Assembly (NCBI GenBank): GCA_013239625.1
Contig: MU054220.1
Span: 7,165,367-7,229,366, forward strand
Direction: 5' to 3'
Length of the DNA stretch: 64,000 nt
From: Lama guanicoe
Lineage: Eukaryota
The position numbers and the translations under genes are program-made. The notes under the pieces are model-generated. The model worked only from the letters and a program-made list of their open reading frames with translations. It ran no database searches and was not told where the DNA came from. The number at the start of each line of letters is the position of its first letter. Position 1 is the first letter of the stretch. Below are positions 39,283 to 50,890 of this stretch, one piece after another.

Positions 39283-41079
39283 ATATGGATGCCCAATAAT
39301 CACTGATTGAGTCTGAATCAAAAAAATGAAAGTCCAGTGACCAATGCAAGGTCATATAGCATGAATGGGTAACTGATGTGGGAAATGCAGTTGTAGCTGC
39401 TGAGTGGAGAGGTACCCAGGAATGGGAAGACTCTCCTTTTTCTTTCTGGTTAAATAGCACTGATCCTTCACTGCTGCTTTGTTTGATAGATTAATTCATT
39501 CTGAAAGGCTTTAAAGATGTTGGGTAGGTAACTAATAATCAGCTTTGAAAAACAAATCATTGGCCTTTCCCTTGCGTCAAAGTCCGTAAAAAGAAAATTT
39601 TCATTTCAAATGACTTATAGCTTACTTCAGAACCAGAAGGTGGACTCCTTTGAAGCTATCTAGAGCAGCTAGTGAGAGCAGTCTTTCATGGTTTATTAGT
39701 TGATAAACTGTAATTGGCATTTAAGGGTAAAGGCTTCAAAAGACAAATTAGACTTATAGTCAACTGCCCACTAGTGTTTTGAATTAATCAATACAGCATT
39801 CACATAAAACTAGGAGCAATGCCATTACCCCTGAACAAATTCACATTCTGATGCAAAAAAACAGAGAAATTATAATAAATCACAATCCATGTGTAAAGAA
39901 AGGCCTTTCCTTTTGCAGGTGCTGACATCTGAAATACAGATTAGAGTATGAGCTTAGTACCCATGAAACATATAGATGTAATTCTTTTTATTTTTTAAAC
40001 TCTAAGTGAGAAAAATATCCATGTACTATAATGGGAACAGGAAAAATAAAATAAAAGAACGTTTAGTGTGAACTTGGATATACCTCTAATGTTCCGTTAG
40101 GAAAATTTTTCTCCCTTTTGTTGAAAGTCACTTCATTATGGTTTGTAATGTAAACACTCAGATCTTAAGTATATAATATGCTTTAACAGAGTAGCCTATA
40201 GCCTGTTCGAAATTGTTTTCAAACCAAGTACATACTCTGACGTCTCAAAAGTAAACCGGCACAAAGATCATTGATTAGGCAACTTGAAACAGAAATATTT
40301 ATTTGCCTTCTTCCCCCAACCTATATAGTGTTTTATTTGAATTATCATTCCTAATTTTATCCATTTCATATCTCAAGGTCACATACCTGAATGGTATAAA
40401 ATGAGAGACTATAGGTTACAGAAGAGGCTGCATGCCAGCTGGGCAGTGGAGAAAGAAGCTAACATAGAAACATTATTAATAATATCATTATGTGGACCTC
40501 TTCATCTTTCTAAGACTCAGTGAAGCTGAAATGTGCCACCCGCCCCCCCCACCCCCAATATGAATTGATGGAAAAGTCCACAACCGGGAGCGAGGAATGC
40601 TGAAATTGAGTTGTCAAACTGTCCTGGATGTCTTGTACAAACTGAACAGGCCAATTTACTGCAACACTGCATAGGCTGAAGGCTCCTATCTTGCCTTCGC
40701 AGGGTTTCTTCCTGGTGAGATTACCCTGCTGGACCACAGGCTCCCACCCTGGCAGATTCCTTCTGACTAGTCCATCCTAGGTAATGGTACTGTGTTAACC
40801 CTTACCTTGTGCTCAGCCCGCTTGCCTAGGGAGGGAAGAGGCTCACGTCCAGCTATCTGAAAGCAACAGCTTTGGGGGTTTGTTGTTTTTGAATCCTAGT
40901 GGTGACTTGATATCTATGTCTTCCCCCTCTGTAGCTCCAACTCCCGGCTTTCAGGATGAAAACAGGCAGGATTTTAGAAAAAAATTGACAACTTCTCCCA
41001 CACAGTGCCTGAGTTTCTCTGCCTATGACTAACCTCCGAGCGTGGCGGTTGCTTTGCACGGCAGCTGTTCTGCCTCTGC

Positions 41080-41093
41080 CCTCCAGGTGGCAG
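41080..41093 (+). promoter_or_regulatory. Candidate CTCF site at the CpG-island edge
   Basis: CCTCCAGGTGGCAG, one mismatch to the CTCF core. Confidence 0.45.
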
Positions 41094-42362
41094 CGGTGCC
41101 ACGCTGCAGAGGCTCCAATCCCGGCTTCCCCGACTTCAAGTGTTAATGCAATTGACCAATCAGTGCTCAGATGATGGGAGGTAATTGGGTAATTGTATTT
41201 TACTGATCACAAGCAGGGAAAGGGAAAGGGAAAGGGGGAAGAAAGAGGGGCAGAGGAGGGAAGGGGGACCGCCGTCTGAGAGGAGATTTGGGGAGCTGGG
41301 ACCCAAACCGTTGGGACGTGGCATTGGCCGAGAGAAAGGGGCTGCCGCCGGCACTGGGAGCGCACTCATCATTTGGGGCGGGGGAAGTGGGGGAGAGAGG
41401 AGCGGGCTGGGGAGGAAGAGAGTCCCAGCCGAAGTGGATGGAAGGGGACCGGGGTTTCTGCCGCGCTGGGAGCCGCGAGCCGGGGCGATGGCGCTAAGGA
41501 CGGCGCGGAGCAGCTGCGCTCCGGGGAACGCGTCTCCTCGAGGAGGACTAGCCGGCGTCGGGAAGGTCTGCGCGAAGAGGAACCAACTTGTGGCTCCAAA
41601 ATGTACCCCACGCAGCTGGAAATGAGATCAAAGCTGCAGTTTCATTCGAGAAGGATGAGAGGAGTCAGCGACTAGGGTTTTTTTTTTTTAACCTCCTTCG
41701 TTCCATTTTCTATTTTCTATCTTCTTTCCTTATTATTATTATTTTCATTTGCCTAACATCCCGTCGAGCCCCTGATTTCGCCCTCCCCATTTGAAATAAA
41801 AGCCCAGTTTGAACTCCCTTCGTCGCGGCGCCCCCGGATCCGCCGCCCGCTGATGGAGGAGAAGGGGACCCGGGGGCTGGCAGGGGCCACCGGCGAAGGA
41901 CCGCGTCACGCGTCTCCCCCGTGATCCCGGCCCGGATCGCGGAGTTCTGCAACACCTGGAGGAGCTGAACCGGGTGCCGGGGTGGGGGCGGGGACAGAGG
42001 AAGCGAAAGCCACCCCGAGCCTTAAAAAAAAAAAAAAAAGAAAAGATTATGAAATTGCAGAGGCGGTGGAGAGAAGAAGGAGACAGGATATAACAGAGAG
42101 TTTGGAGGGAGAGGGGAAGGTGGCTGGCCGGGTGGCTGAAATCAAAAATCCAATTGCGCACTGGGTTGTGATGAGAAATCTAATCAGATCTTTGGAGACG
42201 GGGCCGGCCGGAAGGGTGGCGAGTGGGGGGAGTTGATCCCCAAATTCTTCGAGGGGCGGGGGTGCTGGGAAGAGGCATCGGCGATGTAAAAGGAGACTTT
42301 TTTTTTTTTTTTTTTTATTTTTTTTTTTTTTGGTGGGGGTGGCGGTTGGGTGCGTTGCAAAA

Positions 42363-42506
42363 ATGAAGGATGCGGGACGCAGCTCTCTCTTGGAACCGAA
42401 CGCAGTGGATAAACTGATTGTGCAAGAGAGAAGGAAGAACGAAGCTGTTTCTTGTGAGACCTGGATCTTAGCACAAATGAGTATGTGTGCACACAGGGAG
42501 CGTTGA
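42363..42506 (+). CDS. Upstream ORF, 47 aa (MKDAGRSSLLEPNAVDKLIVQERRKNEAVSCETWILAQMSMCAHRER)
   Basis: ATG with A at -3, open frame to TGA at 42504-42506 within the leader exon; translation unproven. Confidence 0.4.
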   Translation: MKDAGRSSLLEPNAVDKLIVQERRKNEAVSCETWILAQMSMCAHRER

Positions 42507-42988
42507 GAAATGAAATAAACCAGTGCCAGACCCGCGGGGGTCGGTGTGTTCTGACATAAATAAATAATAATAAAACAGCTGCCCCCTCCCCCTTGCCCAA
42601 AAGGATGATTGGAAATGGAGAACCGAGGATCCACAAAGGAAAAGTCTGTTCATTTTTTTCTATAAAGGAGAAAGTCAGCCAAGGAGATATTTTTGGAATG
42701 AAAAGTTTGGGGCTTTTTTAAGGAAAGGAAAGACCTGATACGGTGGTGTTTTCTTTTCTTTTTGAATTTCCCACAAGAGGAGAGAGAATTAATAATACAT
42801 CTGCAAAGAAATTTCGGCAAAGAAAAGTTGACCGCGGCAGAATGAGGCATTGATTGGGGGAGAGAAACCAGCAGAGCACAGTTGGATTTGTGCCGATGTT
42901 GACTAAAATTGACGGATAATTGCAGTTGGATTTTTCTTCATCAACCTCCTTTCCCCTCCTTTTTTTTTTTCTTTTTGGTGTCAAGATC

Positions 42989-43042
42989 ATGCATTTTCGC
43001 TTGTTCTGTACCACCTGGATTTCCATCTGGATGTTGCTGTGA
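42989..43042 (+). CDS. Upstream ORF, 17 aa (MHFRLFCTTWISIWMLL)
   Basis: ATG with A at -3, TGA 15 nt before the splice donor; translation unproven. Confidence 0.4.
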   Translation: MHFRLFCTTWISIWMLL

Positions 43043-45234
43043 TCAGTCTGAAATACAGTGAGTGATCCTTATTTTCTTATTTATTGGCGAAGAAAAATGT
43101 CCATTAATTTAGCATTCCTGGTCCCTTTACCCCTTCAGCCCTTTAGTGTGGCCTTGAGAGACCTGGCCGTTGGGGGCCAGAAAATAGGGAGAAGGTGGCC
43201 CACGCGTTTGCTCCATCAGACTGCTCCCTGATAAGCTGGTTTGCTATAATGATGTAGGTTGTCTGCATCCTGGGGAAATGCCTTTGCAAATGTTCATCAG
43301 GAAAAAAAAAAAATCATCTCCCTAAGAAAGCGCTGCAGTGTGGGGTGCCTGTGCTGTGTGACTGACACTCTAGAATGCCTTCAAGTTGCATGGCAGCCCC
43401 GAATTAGATTCACAAGTGTTTAGCCATTGGAAATCGAAGGGACCCAATTTCAATTTCATTATCCAACCTGACATTGCAGATCAACAGAATGTATTAACAC
43501 AAAAATATGATAATAAGCCAGGCAGATGAAGGATGGCTTCTGGCTAGTGGGTGGGTTGAGGGAGGGAGAGTGGGATGGGGGAGGAAGTGGCGGAGAGAGG
43601 TGGCTGCACTCTCCCCAGTCCCTCTTGCTTACTCCGGGGCTGGAACTCCGTCTTCCCATCACCTAGATTCTCATCAGGGCTAACGAGGAGGAGGAGGAGG
43701 AGGACCCACCTCTCCTCAACCCCACCCACTTCTAACCACTTCTGTGGGTAACAGAGAGGCTGTGCATGGATTGTATAGTTGGCTTGGGCTGTTAGCCGGC
43801 TTCAGTTTTGCCAAAAACCATCCCAACATGACCAGTTCAGGGCTCTTTAAAAAAAAAAAAAAGGCAGAAATCTAGTGTCCTGTGGTAACTTAGATAAAGG
43901 TCTGCGCGTTGAGCACCAGTGTTTCTCCTGTGCCAGCCTTGCTTGGGGGAAAGTGGCCAATAAAGAAAAAAATTTTAAAAAAGGTTGAAAATGTTTAGAG
44001 GGCCGTGGGGCCTCTGAAATCACCCCTCTTTCCATCTCTTTCTTCCCCTATAGCTGCTAGGGTCATGGAGCTGGCTTTTCTTTATTTTTATTTTTTAGCA
44101 GAACTTTCCATCTTCAGGCATCTGTATTCCTCTCCAGGGCCTTCTATCAGACTTATAGACTCATATAACTTTAGAGCCAGAAGACTCCCCAGAGATCTCA
44201 TGCCAATACAAAAAGGAAACTGAGGCCTGGAGAAGCCATAATTCTTTGGTTAATGGCCAAATCACACAAGACAGGGGACTCACACAGGCCTCCAAAGAGC
44301 AGACAGAAGTCAGTTTGGGATCTAAACTGGACAGGAACCAGCCATTCATGGAATGACTCCTCTCCCCACAGCTGCCATGTTTATCTATAAGGGTCAAGGA
44401 AGTTACTTATCCTGAGAACTTGATATAAACTCTTGACACTTTGGACCTCAAGGATAACCCATCTCCAAATGCGTCTCTTTTTTTAGTCTTTTTTTCTTTT
44501 TTCTTTAATAGAAGAACTCAGATAACCCAAACTTCAATACTATTTAAAAAAAAAAAGGAAAAGATTCACAACTCTGGCATATCCCAAAGGAGATGAAAGG
44601 CAGCGATCTCGTGGGTCTCTTCGTGCTGTTGGGCACATTTAATGCCGTGAGTGGTGGTCCCTAGAGGGTCGTTAAAGAATGATGGAGTTAGATTTACATG
44701 AGAGAATGATAACAGAAACCAGAAACACCCAGCTAAAAAGCATCTGAGTCTGTTGTTTCACTCACATCATCTCTGCTTATCCATTTCATTACCCCTTAAC
44801 TAAAGTAGCCTACAGCTGAGCACTTCTCTAATTTATTTTTCTGGGCACATGTTTCCTGTCGGGACCCACAGATCAGGCAATAAATTGACTGACCTATGAA
44901 AATAATCATGCCAGGTTTGCTCTTGTTTTTTTTTTTTGTTTGTTTGTTTTTATCCCCCAAGCTCCCTGTAGGCTTCTGCATATCTGCTAATTCCTTGCAG
45001 ATTCTGAACTTGTTTATTGTGTTTTTACTTGACCACAGTTGAGTCATCACTTGTGGTCATAGATTGACTCAAGTTATATTAAGTTCCTGCTCAGCTGCAA
45101 CTTAACACAACTGATAAAAGAGAGAAAAGAAAAAAAAATGTACTTTGAGGGTTCTGACTGCATAGTTCAGCTCTGGGCTTCACGTGGGAAACCCAGCCTT
45201 GCAATCAGCTTGGCTCTTCCAATCAAGGAAGGGC

Positions 45235-45410
45235 TTCTTTTTCTTTCTTTCTTTCTTTCTTTCTTNNNNNNNNNNNNNNNNNNNNNNNNNNNNNNNNNNN
45301 NNNNNNNNNNNNNNNNNNNNNNNNNNNNNNNNNNNNNNNCCTTTCTTCCTCCTTTCTTCCTTCCTTTCTTCCTTCCTTCCTTCCTTCCTTCCTTTCTTTC
45401 TTTTCTTTCT
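45235..45410. repeat. (TTTC)n/(TTCC)n microsatellite spanning an assembly gap (N 45266-45339)
   Basis: Direct observation. Confidence 0.95.
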
Positions 45411-47229
45411 ACATCAACATTTCTTCATTGCTACTCCAATTGGACCTCAAAGTGCATTCCTCTCCTTCACATTGTCCGCCCCCTTCAATATCCTCCACAT
45501 TCACACCCACACGCAAAGCTGACTGAGAAAGAAGGGAGGAGAAGGGAAGGGGCTGGGGGTAAGGAGAGAGGGAGAGAGAGAATATGAATGTGTTTAAAAT
45601 TGTGCACTGAAATGTGTGCTCCCACCCACCTCCACTTAAACATGTTTCTCAAATCTGGAGATGTTGGAGCATCTGAAGATGTCATCCTTTATCACGCTGG
45701 TGAATCACTTCATCAGTACACTTAGGGACACGTCACCCAGACTGGGATTTGTTCCCTTTGGTTTGGCAGTCCAGAGTGGGCTCTGCATTTTAGGCAACTT
45801 GTTTGTGGACTGATGAAAGAGTTATGGCCATGGTAGACCTGGAAACTTAACTTCATGAACTTCCTTCGGGACGGAAGTTGTGCCCACCGAGGAAGATTTG
45901 AGAACAGGTCGTTGTTCAGTGCAATTCTGCTGAGGACCCCAGGCTCAGAGAGCTGCTGGGTTTTGCTGGTTTTGATTACCTTTTCTAATATCTTCCTCTA
46001 ATGTAACAGCCGTGTGCTTTGGGCACTACCTTTCATCTTCCTGGCCCTCAATTTTCTCATCTCTGGGATGGGAATAATACCAACAAATTAGAATTCAACA
46101 AATGAGAATTTCTTGTGAATTTAAAGTCATGTTATGCGAAGCCCCAGCACAATAGACCCTCCGAGGGGAGGTGTTTGTTCTGCTTGTTGTGGGATTAATG
46201 TGGATTAACTTCCTGGGAATAAATACAGGCTGGCCAAGCACTTTATGAATTGTGGTGGCTACACTTCAGAACCAGGGGATGTGCAGCTGACCTTACAGTA
46301 GTTGCCAGATTCCTCTTTGGAGGTCTTATCAGGAGAGATTTGTTGCAATATGTCATGTTAGATGGGAAATGCTGCTTCCAGCCAGAAGCTGAAAATCAAG
46401 ACTTTTCTCCATAACATACAGAAAAAGAAATCTCAGCAAAAATCATACTTAAATGAGATTTTAGGGGGAAATAATGCTCCTATTGGGTTGTGTGTTCGTA
46501 TGGTTTAAAAGTTGCATCAGAAAGCTCTTGTGTATTAAATGTATAATTTTGGCTGCATATTACACTGTCTGGACATGGAATGTACAAAATAAATGCAGAT
46601 TTCTAGGTAATGATACAATTAAATTAGATGGAGTGAAATTCCATTGCTAAGGTCCCCAAGTCCACGATTTGGGTTCTCAGTCTTCCTAGTTACAATGAAT
46701 CCTATTTTGGCTAAACATCTTTATTTTGTGAAAGAATAAAGGCCCAATAGAGTGAATGGAATCAAGATTGCACACGGACATGTGCGTCTTATCGTTTGCA
46801 CGTGCAAATCCTCCAGCGCCAACTTGCCGGTGGTTTTCTGAGGCAGCCAGTCATGGTCACTGCTTATAATATCACTCTCTGCGACAGCAGCCCTGTGCTC
46901 TGTCCATTTCCTCAGTCTGCTTCCGGAAACCTGTTCTCCCTCTGAGGGGAAAAGGGTCCTACCGTTTTAGTTAGTGTTATTCTTGATGTCATACCTGTGG
47001 ATAACAGGCTGAGGAGTTGCCCATTGGATTTTTATACTGCTTCATTTTAATTAGGAAGACAATTTGAATTCCATGTTGACTTTGGAAAAGCATCCTAAAG
47101 TTAACCATTTTCACTGATGTAAAGAAAAGATGGGAATAAATTGTGGATGTTCTTACCACTTTATGAATTTTATTTTTCGGCGTGCTTCTTAGAGGTGACT
47201 AAGAAATTCAGTAAACTTGAACTCTGGCA

Positions 47230-47420
47230 TCCCGAGTGAATTTGAATTCTCAGGTTTCTACTGAGTCACACGTGTTACATGAGCCATTAACCTCTCTGAG
47301 CCTGTTTGCTTATCTGTCAAATGGAGGTAATAACAACCACATTGAGCTGACTGCCGTGAGCATGAGATCAAGATTGCATATGTCACGCACAGCAGGTGTT
47401 CGATAAATGCACATTTAAAT
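47230..47420 (+). mobile_element. MIR SINE
   Basis: TTAACCTCTCTGAGCCTGTTTGCTTATCTGTCAAATGGAGGTAATAA. Confidence 0.8.
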
Positions 47421-48144
47421 TGAGCGCCTCTGATTTTCAAGTTCAGGTAATGCACTGCTTGCAAAAATCAGATATGGTCTTGTTTAAAGGAAGCTGTTAA
47501 TCTAAATTCGTGTTGGTATAGATTAAAAAATGAGAAACAGAGAGACAAGATTGGAATAACGCATAGATATGATCATTTTTGGTACAGTCCTGTACTTTTA
47601 AAACATATTTGGACATGCTTTAGTGAATGCCATTCCCTTAGGAAAGACTACAATATACGTTATGAATCGTGGAAAATATACTCTGTGTCTATGTAAACTT
47701 TCGTAAGGTTGTCAAGTGTTTTATAATATAGGCATACAAAATAATAATTTATCAATAGGGTCTCGGGAGACTCCAAAGGGATCAAGCGTCTGTTGCGTGT
47801 TTCTTCAGAATGATTTCTCTGGAGAAATGTACATTTGACGGTTGAACCTTGATTGGACAGATCTTGTGCCTGAGACCGTGCTTGTAACACTCTCTGAGGG
47901 CAAGGGTTCATTTGTTCTTTGGCATGTCCTTAGCACCTCAGAGGAGTGTCTGACAAATAGTGTGCATGCAATAAATAGTCCTTGAATGACTAATTGAGCT
48001 TACTCAAGAGACATCACCTCCAAAGGACTCAAATGCAGGTGTGTACCAGTGTGTATGCATGTATGCACATACCTGTGGGCACACACAGACACACAAGATG
48101 CCTGGCTTTGGGAACCTATGGAAGCTTAATTAGAGATACCACTG

Positions 48145-48236
48145 GGGGAGGGTATAGCTGAAGGGGTAGAGTGCATGCTGAGCATGCCCAAGGCCCTGGG
48201 TTCAATCCCTAGCACCTCCATCAAAAAAAAAAAAAA
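48145..48236 (+). mobile_element. Camelid-type tRNA-derived SINE (short form)
   Basis: GGGGAGGGTATAGCT...GGTTCAATCCC (Pol III A/B boxes) and an A tail; TSD TTAGAGATAC(C/T)A(C/A)TG at 48130-48144 and 48239-48253. Confidence 0.9.
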
Positions 48237-48729
48237 GTTTAGAGATACTAATGAGTGTACTGACTGTGTATGAGAGATGTCATATCTGTACACAGACATA
48301 GATTTTAAACAGTGTTGAGTGGTTTCTTTATGTTGGAAAAAGATCTGAAAATTAGGTGATACAATAGATCTTTCTTACTCTTGATGCTGTCAGTAAGGGA
48401 CTGTAACAATGGATACATCACCTTGTCTCTCTTAGGTCCGTCTTACATTCTTCCATGTTACATAGAAGTTAGAAATGAAGATTCTTTCAAGCACTAAGAG
48501 TTTAGGAATTTAAATTCATAATCGGCTACCTAGGGATTCAGGATTCCTGGGAATTAAAAATAAAATCTCTGCTCCCAGGATGCCACTTGTCAAAATGTGC
48601 AGAAGAACGGCATAGTGTTCTGGGAGAAAGGCAGAATCAATGTCACAAGGGCAGACATGTAGGGTATAAGTCTTTGCAGGGGAAATACAGTGCAATTTGG
48701 AATAGACGAACATTGCATCCCAAATCCGT

Positions 48730-48900
48730 TTCTCCACTTGTTAACTGGGAGATCCTAAGTAGGCCGATTAACCTTGCTGTGTCTCAGTTTTCCTCAGCTA
48801 TAAAAATGGAGATCATTTTTCCTGCAGTTATTTTGGGAGCTTTAATTAAGATGTCTGAGAGTTTGGCACATGATCAGTACACAGTAAGTGCTAGCTTACT
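48730..48900 (+). mobile_element. MIR SINE
   Basis: GTCTCAGTTTTCCTCAGCTATAAAAATGGAG. Confidence 0.75.
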
Positions 48901-49179
48901 TTCTTTCTTTTCGTTAAAGTCTTTGGTTATCTTGCACAGAAATGGGAACATTTCACTGAAAGTCCGTGAGTGTTTTGCTTTATGTTTACTGAATTTATAA
49001 ATGAAGACCTTTTGCCAACTTGGCTACCAAAGTTGGTAATGTTTTTTCTGATCATGTTTTCCAATGTCAATCAGTTTTGTAATGAAATCTAAAAATGATG
49101 AACTTTGGCATAATCTGGTGGCAGCTTTTTAATGCTTAAGGAGGCTTTCAACACTTATGAAGGTTATGGGTATAATTTC

Positions 49180-49380
49180 ATAATAATAATAGCTACCATT
49201 TATTGAGCATTTGATATGTACCAGGCAATATAATGAGTAATATGATGCCAATAGAACATACAGTTTTCTCCTACATTCTTGCTCAGGAAACTGAGACACA
49301 AAGGGGCTAAGTAATTGGTCTGAGGTTATACAACATCTAAACTTAAGCTGGAAGCAGAAGCTACATCTCTCAGGGCTAGA
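49180..49380 (-). mobile_element. MIR SINE
   Basis: AGCTACCATTTATTGAGCATTT...GGAAACTGAGACACA..AAGTAATT. Confidence 0.8.
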
Positions 49381-49899
49381 GAGGCAGAGGCAGAGAATCG
49401 GTAAATTCAAACTTGTTGCCTTGGTAATGGATAAACATGGCAGCTCAGTGTCGTCTAACCTGGTACTCAATCTGAATATTTCAACTGAGGCTGAGATGTC
49501 TGTAGTTTCCCTTTCTCCTGTTTCCTGAAACAAAGGTTATAATCAGATACTAGGCCACATATTCCTTGCCTCTTTTTGTCACTCTTTCGTAATATCCAAA
49601 TGTGCCCCAGCATGAGGCAAGACTTGGGAGAAGTTGATCAAAGTCACTCCACGTAACTAAGGGACAGAGAGGCTTTGCAAAATGCCGTGAGATCACCTGG
49701 AAATGCATGACTGTGTGAGAAATAAGGTCAATGCTAATAATAAGTGTGGAGTTGAGTTATAATATCCTACAAATCCGATGGACTCAGCTGTGGTCACCCA
49801 CCCAGCACCTGATCTCGTCCTTGTGGTGTGGTCTCTGTAGCACTGGAAACCATTGATGCCCCGGCTTTCCAACACTCCTCCAGGGGTCTGCAATGTGGT

Positions 49900-50890
49900 T
49901 TGCTGCCACTTCCTTGACTCATTTCACTTCCTCCTCCTCCCCTCCTCCTGCTCTCTCCTGATACATGGACGGCTTCCCTTTTGAATCAGTTCTATTCCCA
50001 GTTGCTCTGCATCTCTGAGAGATGTCTGCCAGGCTTGATTTGAGAGATGACCCTCAAATTCTTTGCCCCAGCCTCCTTGTGTGCGGAAGATGCCTGAATC
50101 TCCATGGCCAGCAGGAGCCCACTTTCCTACCGTGTCTCCTGTAGGCTTTACAAACATAATGCAATCATGGTGACTGATTATTTTCTCTCCAGAAGTCTCT
50201 ATATTTTCAATTTCAAATGATATCAATAACTCTTTAACCACCCTCCTATTCAACCACTAAGCAAATTACTCATCAGTCAACTCATCATGTTCAACTCAGC
50301 TTTTCTGTCCCTCAGCCCACATTCCATTGTTTCGCTCCTAGATACCTGACTCTTCTATGATGTCAAATCTTCTGTGTGGTCCGTGAGTCCTTTTTCCTTC
50401 AGAAGGACCACAGTAGGAAATAAAACTGAACATCCCCTTCTCTAAATATAGAATATGAGTATAGAATAACATACGAATACTTCTCTTGATAATACAGACT
50501 GTATTCATGCCTCTATTCATGCCGCTCTGGTCTGTCTGACGTACTGTTTTCTTCCTCGGGAGATATCCCAGACTAATTTCTGCCTCAGACTTTGTGAGAG
50601 CCACTCCATTTGCCTAGGACATACCCATCGTAGGTCAAATCTCAGAGCAACTTACCTGCTCTGGGAAAATCTTTCCTGCTGAGCCCTCCTGTCCTCTGTC
50701 ACACCAGCATTTTGTTCACAGGTCTGTGATCTTATCACTCTTGTGTTTATTCACTTGGCTGAAACCTGCCAGACTGTGACTTCTTTTAGCACTTGGACGT
50801 CATCTTACTCATCTTGGCGTCTCCCACATCTAGAAGCAGAGCGCATAGGAGTTTTCAATATCTTTTGGTGGAACCAATGAACGAGCGGGC
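49900..50890 (+). mobile_element. LINE-2 3' region, decayed
   Basis: CAACTCATCATGTTCAACTCAGC, AGACTGTGAC..CTT..CTTACTCATCTT and GTTTTCAATATCTTTTGGTGGAACCAATGAA end. Confidence 0.6.

Larger units (their letters stand above)
41030..42550 (+). promoter_or_regulatory. LRRC4C: CpG-island promoter (internal/alternative LRRC4C promoter)
   Basis: High GC and CpG density, GC boxes (GGGGCGGGG near 41375, 41985 and 42253), repeat-free, immediately upstream of an exon ending in a splice donor. Confidence 0.85.
42267..43057 (+). other. LRRC4C: Long non-coding leader (5'UTR) exon of LRRC4C/NGL-1; 5' boundary approximate
   Basis: Sequence from ATGTAAAAGGAGACTTTT through GGATAATTGCAGTTGGATTTTTCTTCATCAACCTCC to GTGATCAGTCTGAAATACA matches my recollection of the human LRRC4C cDNA leader; similarity stops at the donor ACA|GTGAGT (43058). 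Confidence 0.88.

Noticed and set aside
39900..39925. Isolated splice-acceptor-like sequence CCTTTCCTTTTGCAG|G (similar one at ~55500)
   Set aside because: No convincing paired donor nearby; such motifs are common in introns
40795..40812. Antisense splice donor (AAG|GTAAGG on the minus strand) for a divergent lncRNA
   Set aside because: A single motif without transcript evidence
41185..42636. Long ORFs over the CpG island (e.g. 41185-41625 +, 42047-42634 -)
   Set aside because: Low-complexity translations crossing homopolymer runs, as expected in GC-rich DNA; no recognisable domain
48145..48222. tRNA gene (also 6560-6637 and 63745-63812)
   Set aside because: A tails, TSDs and degenerate stems identify these as tRNA-derived SINEs
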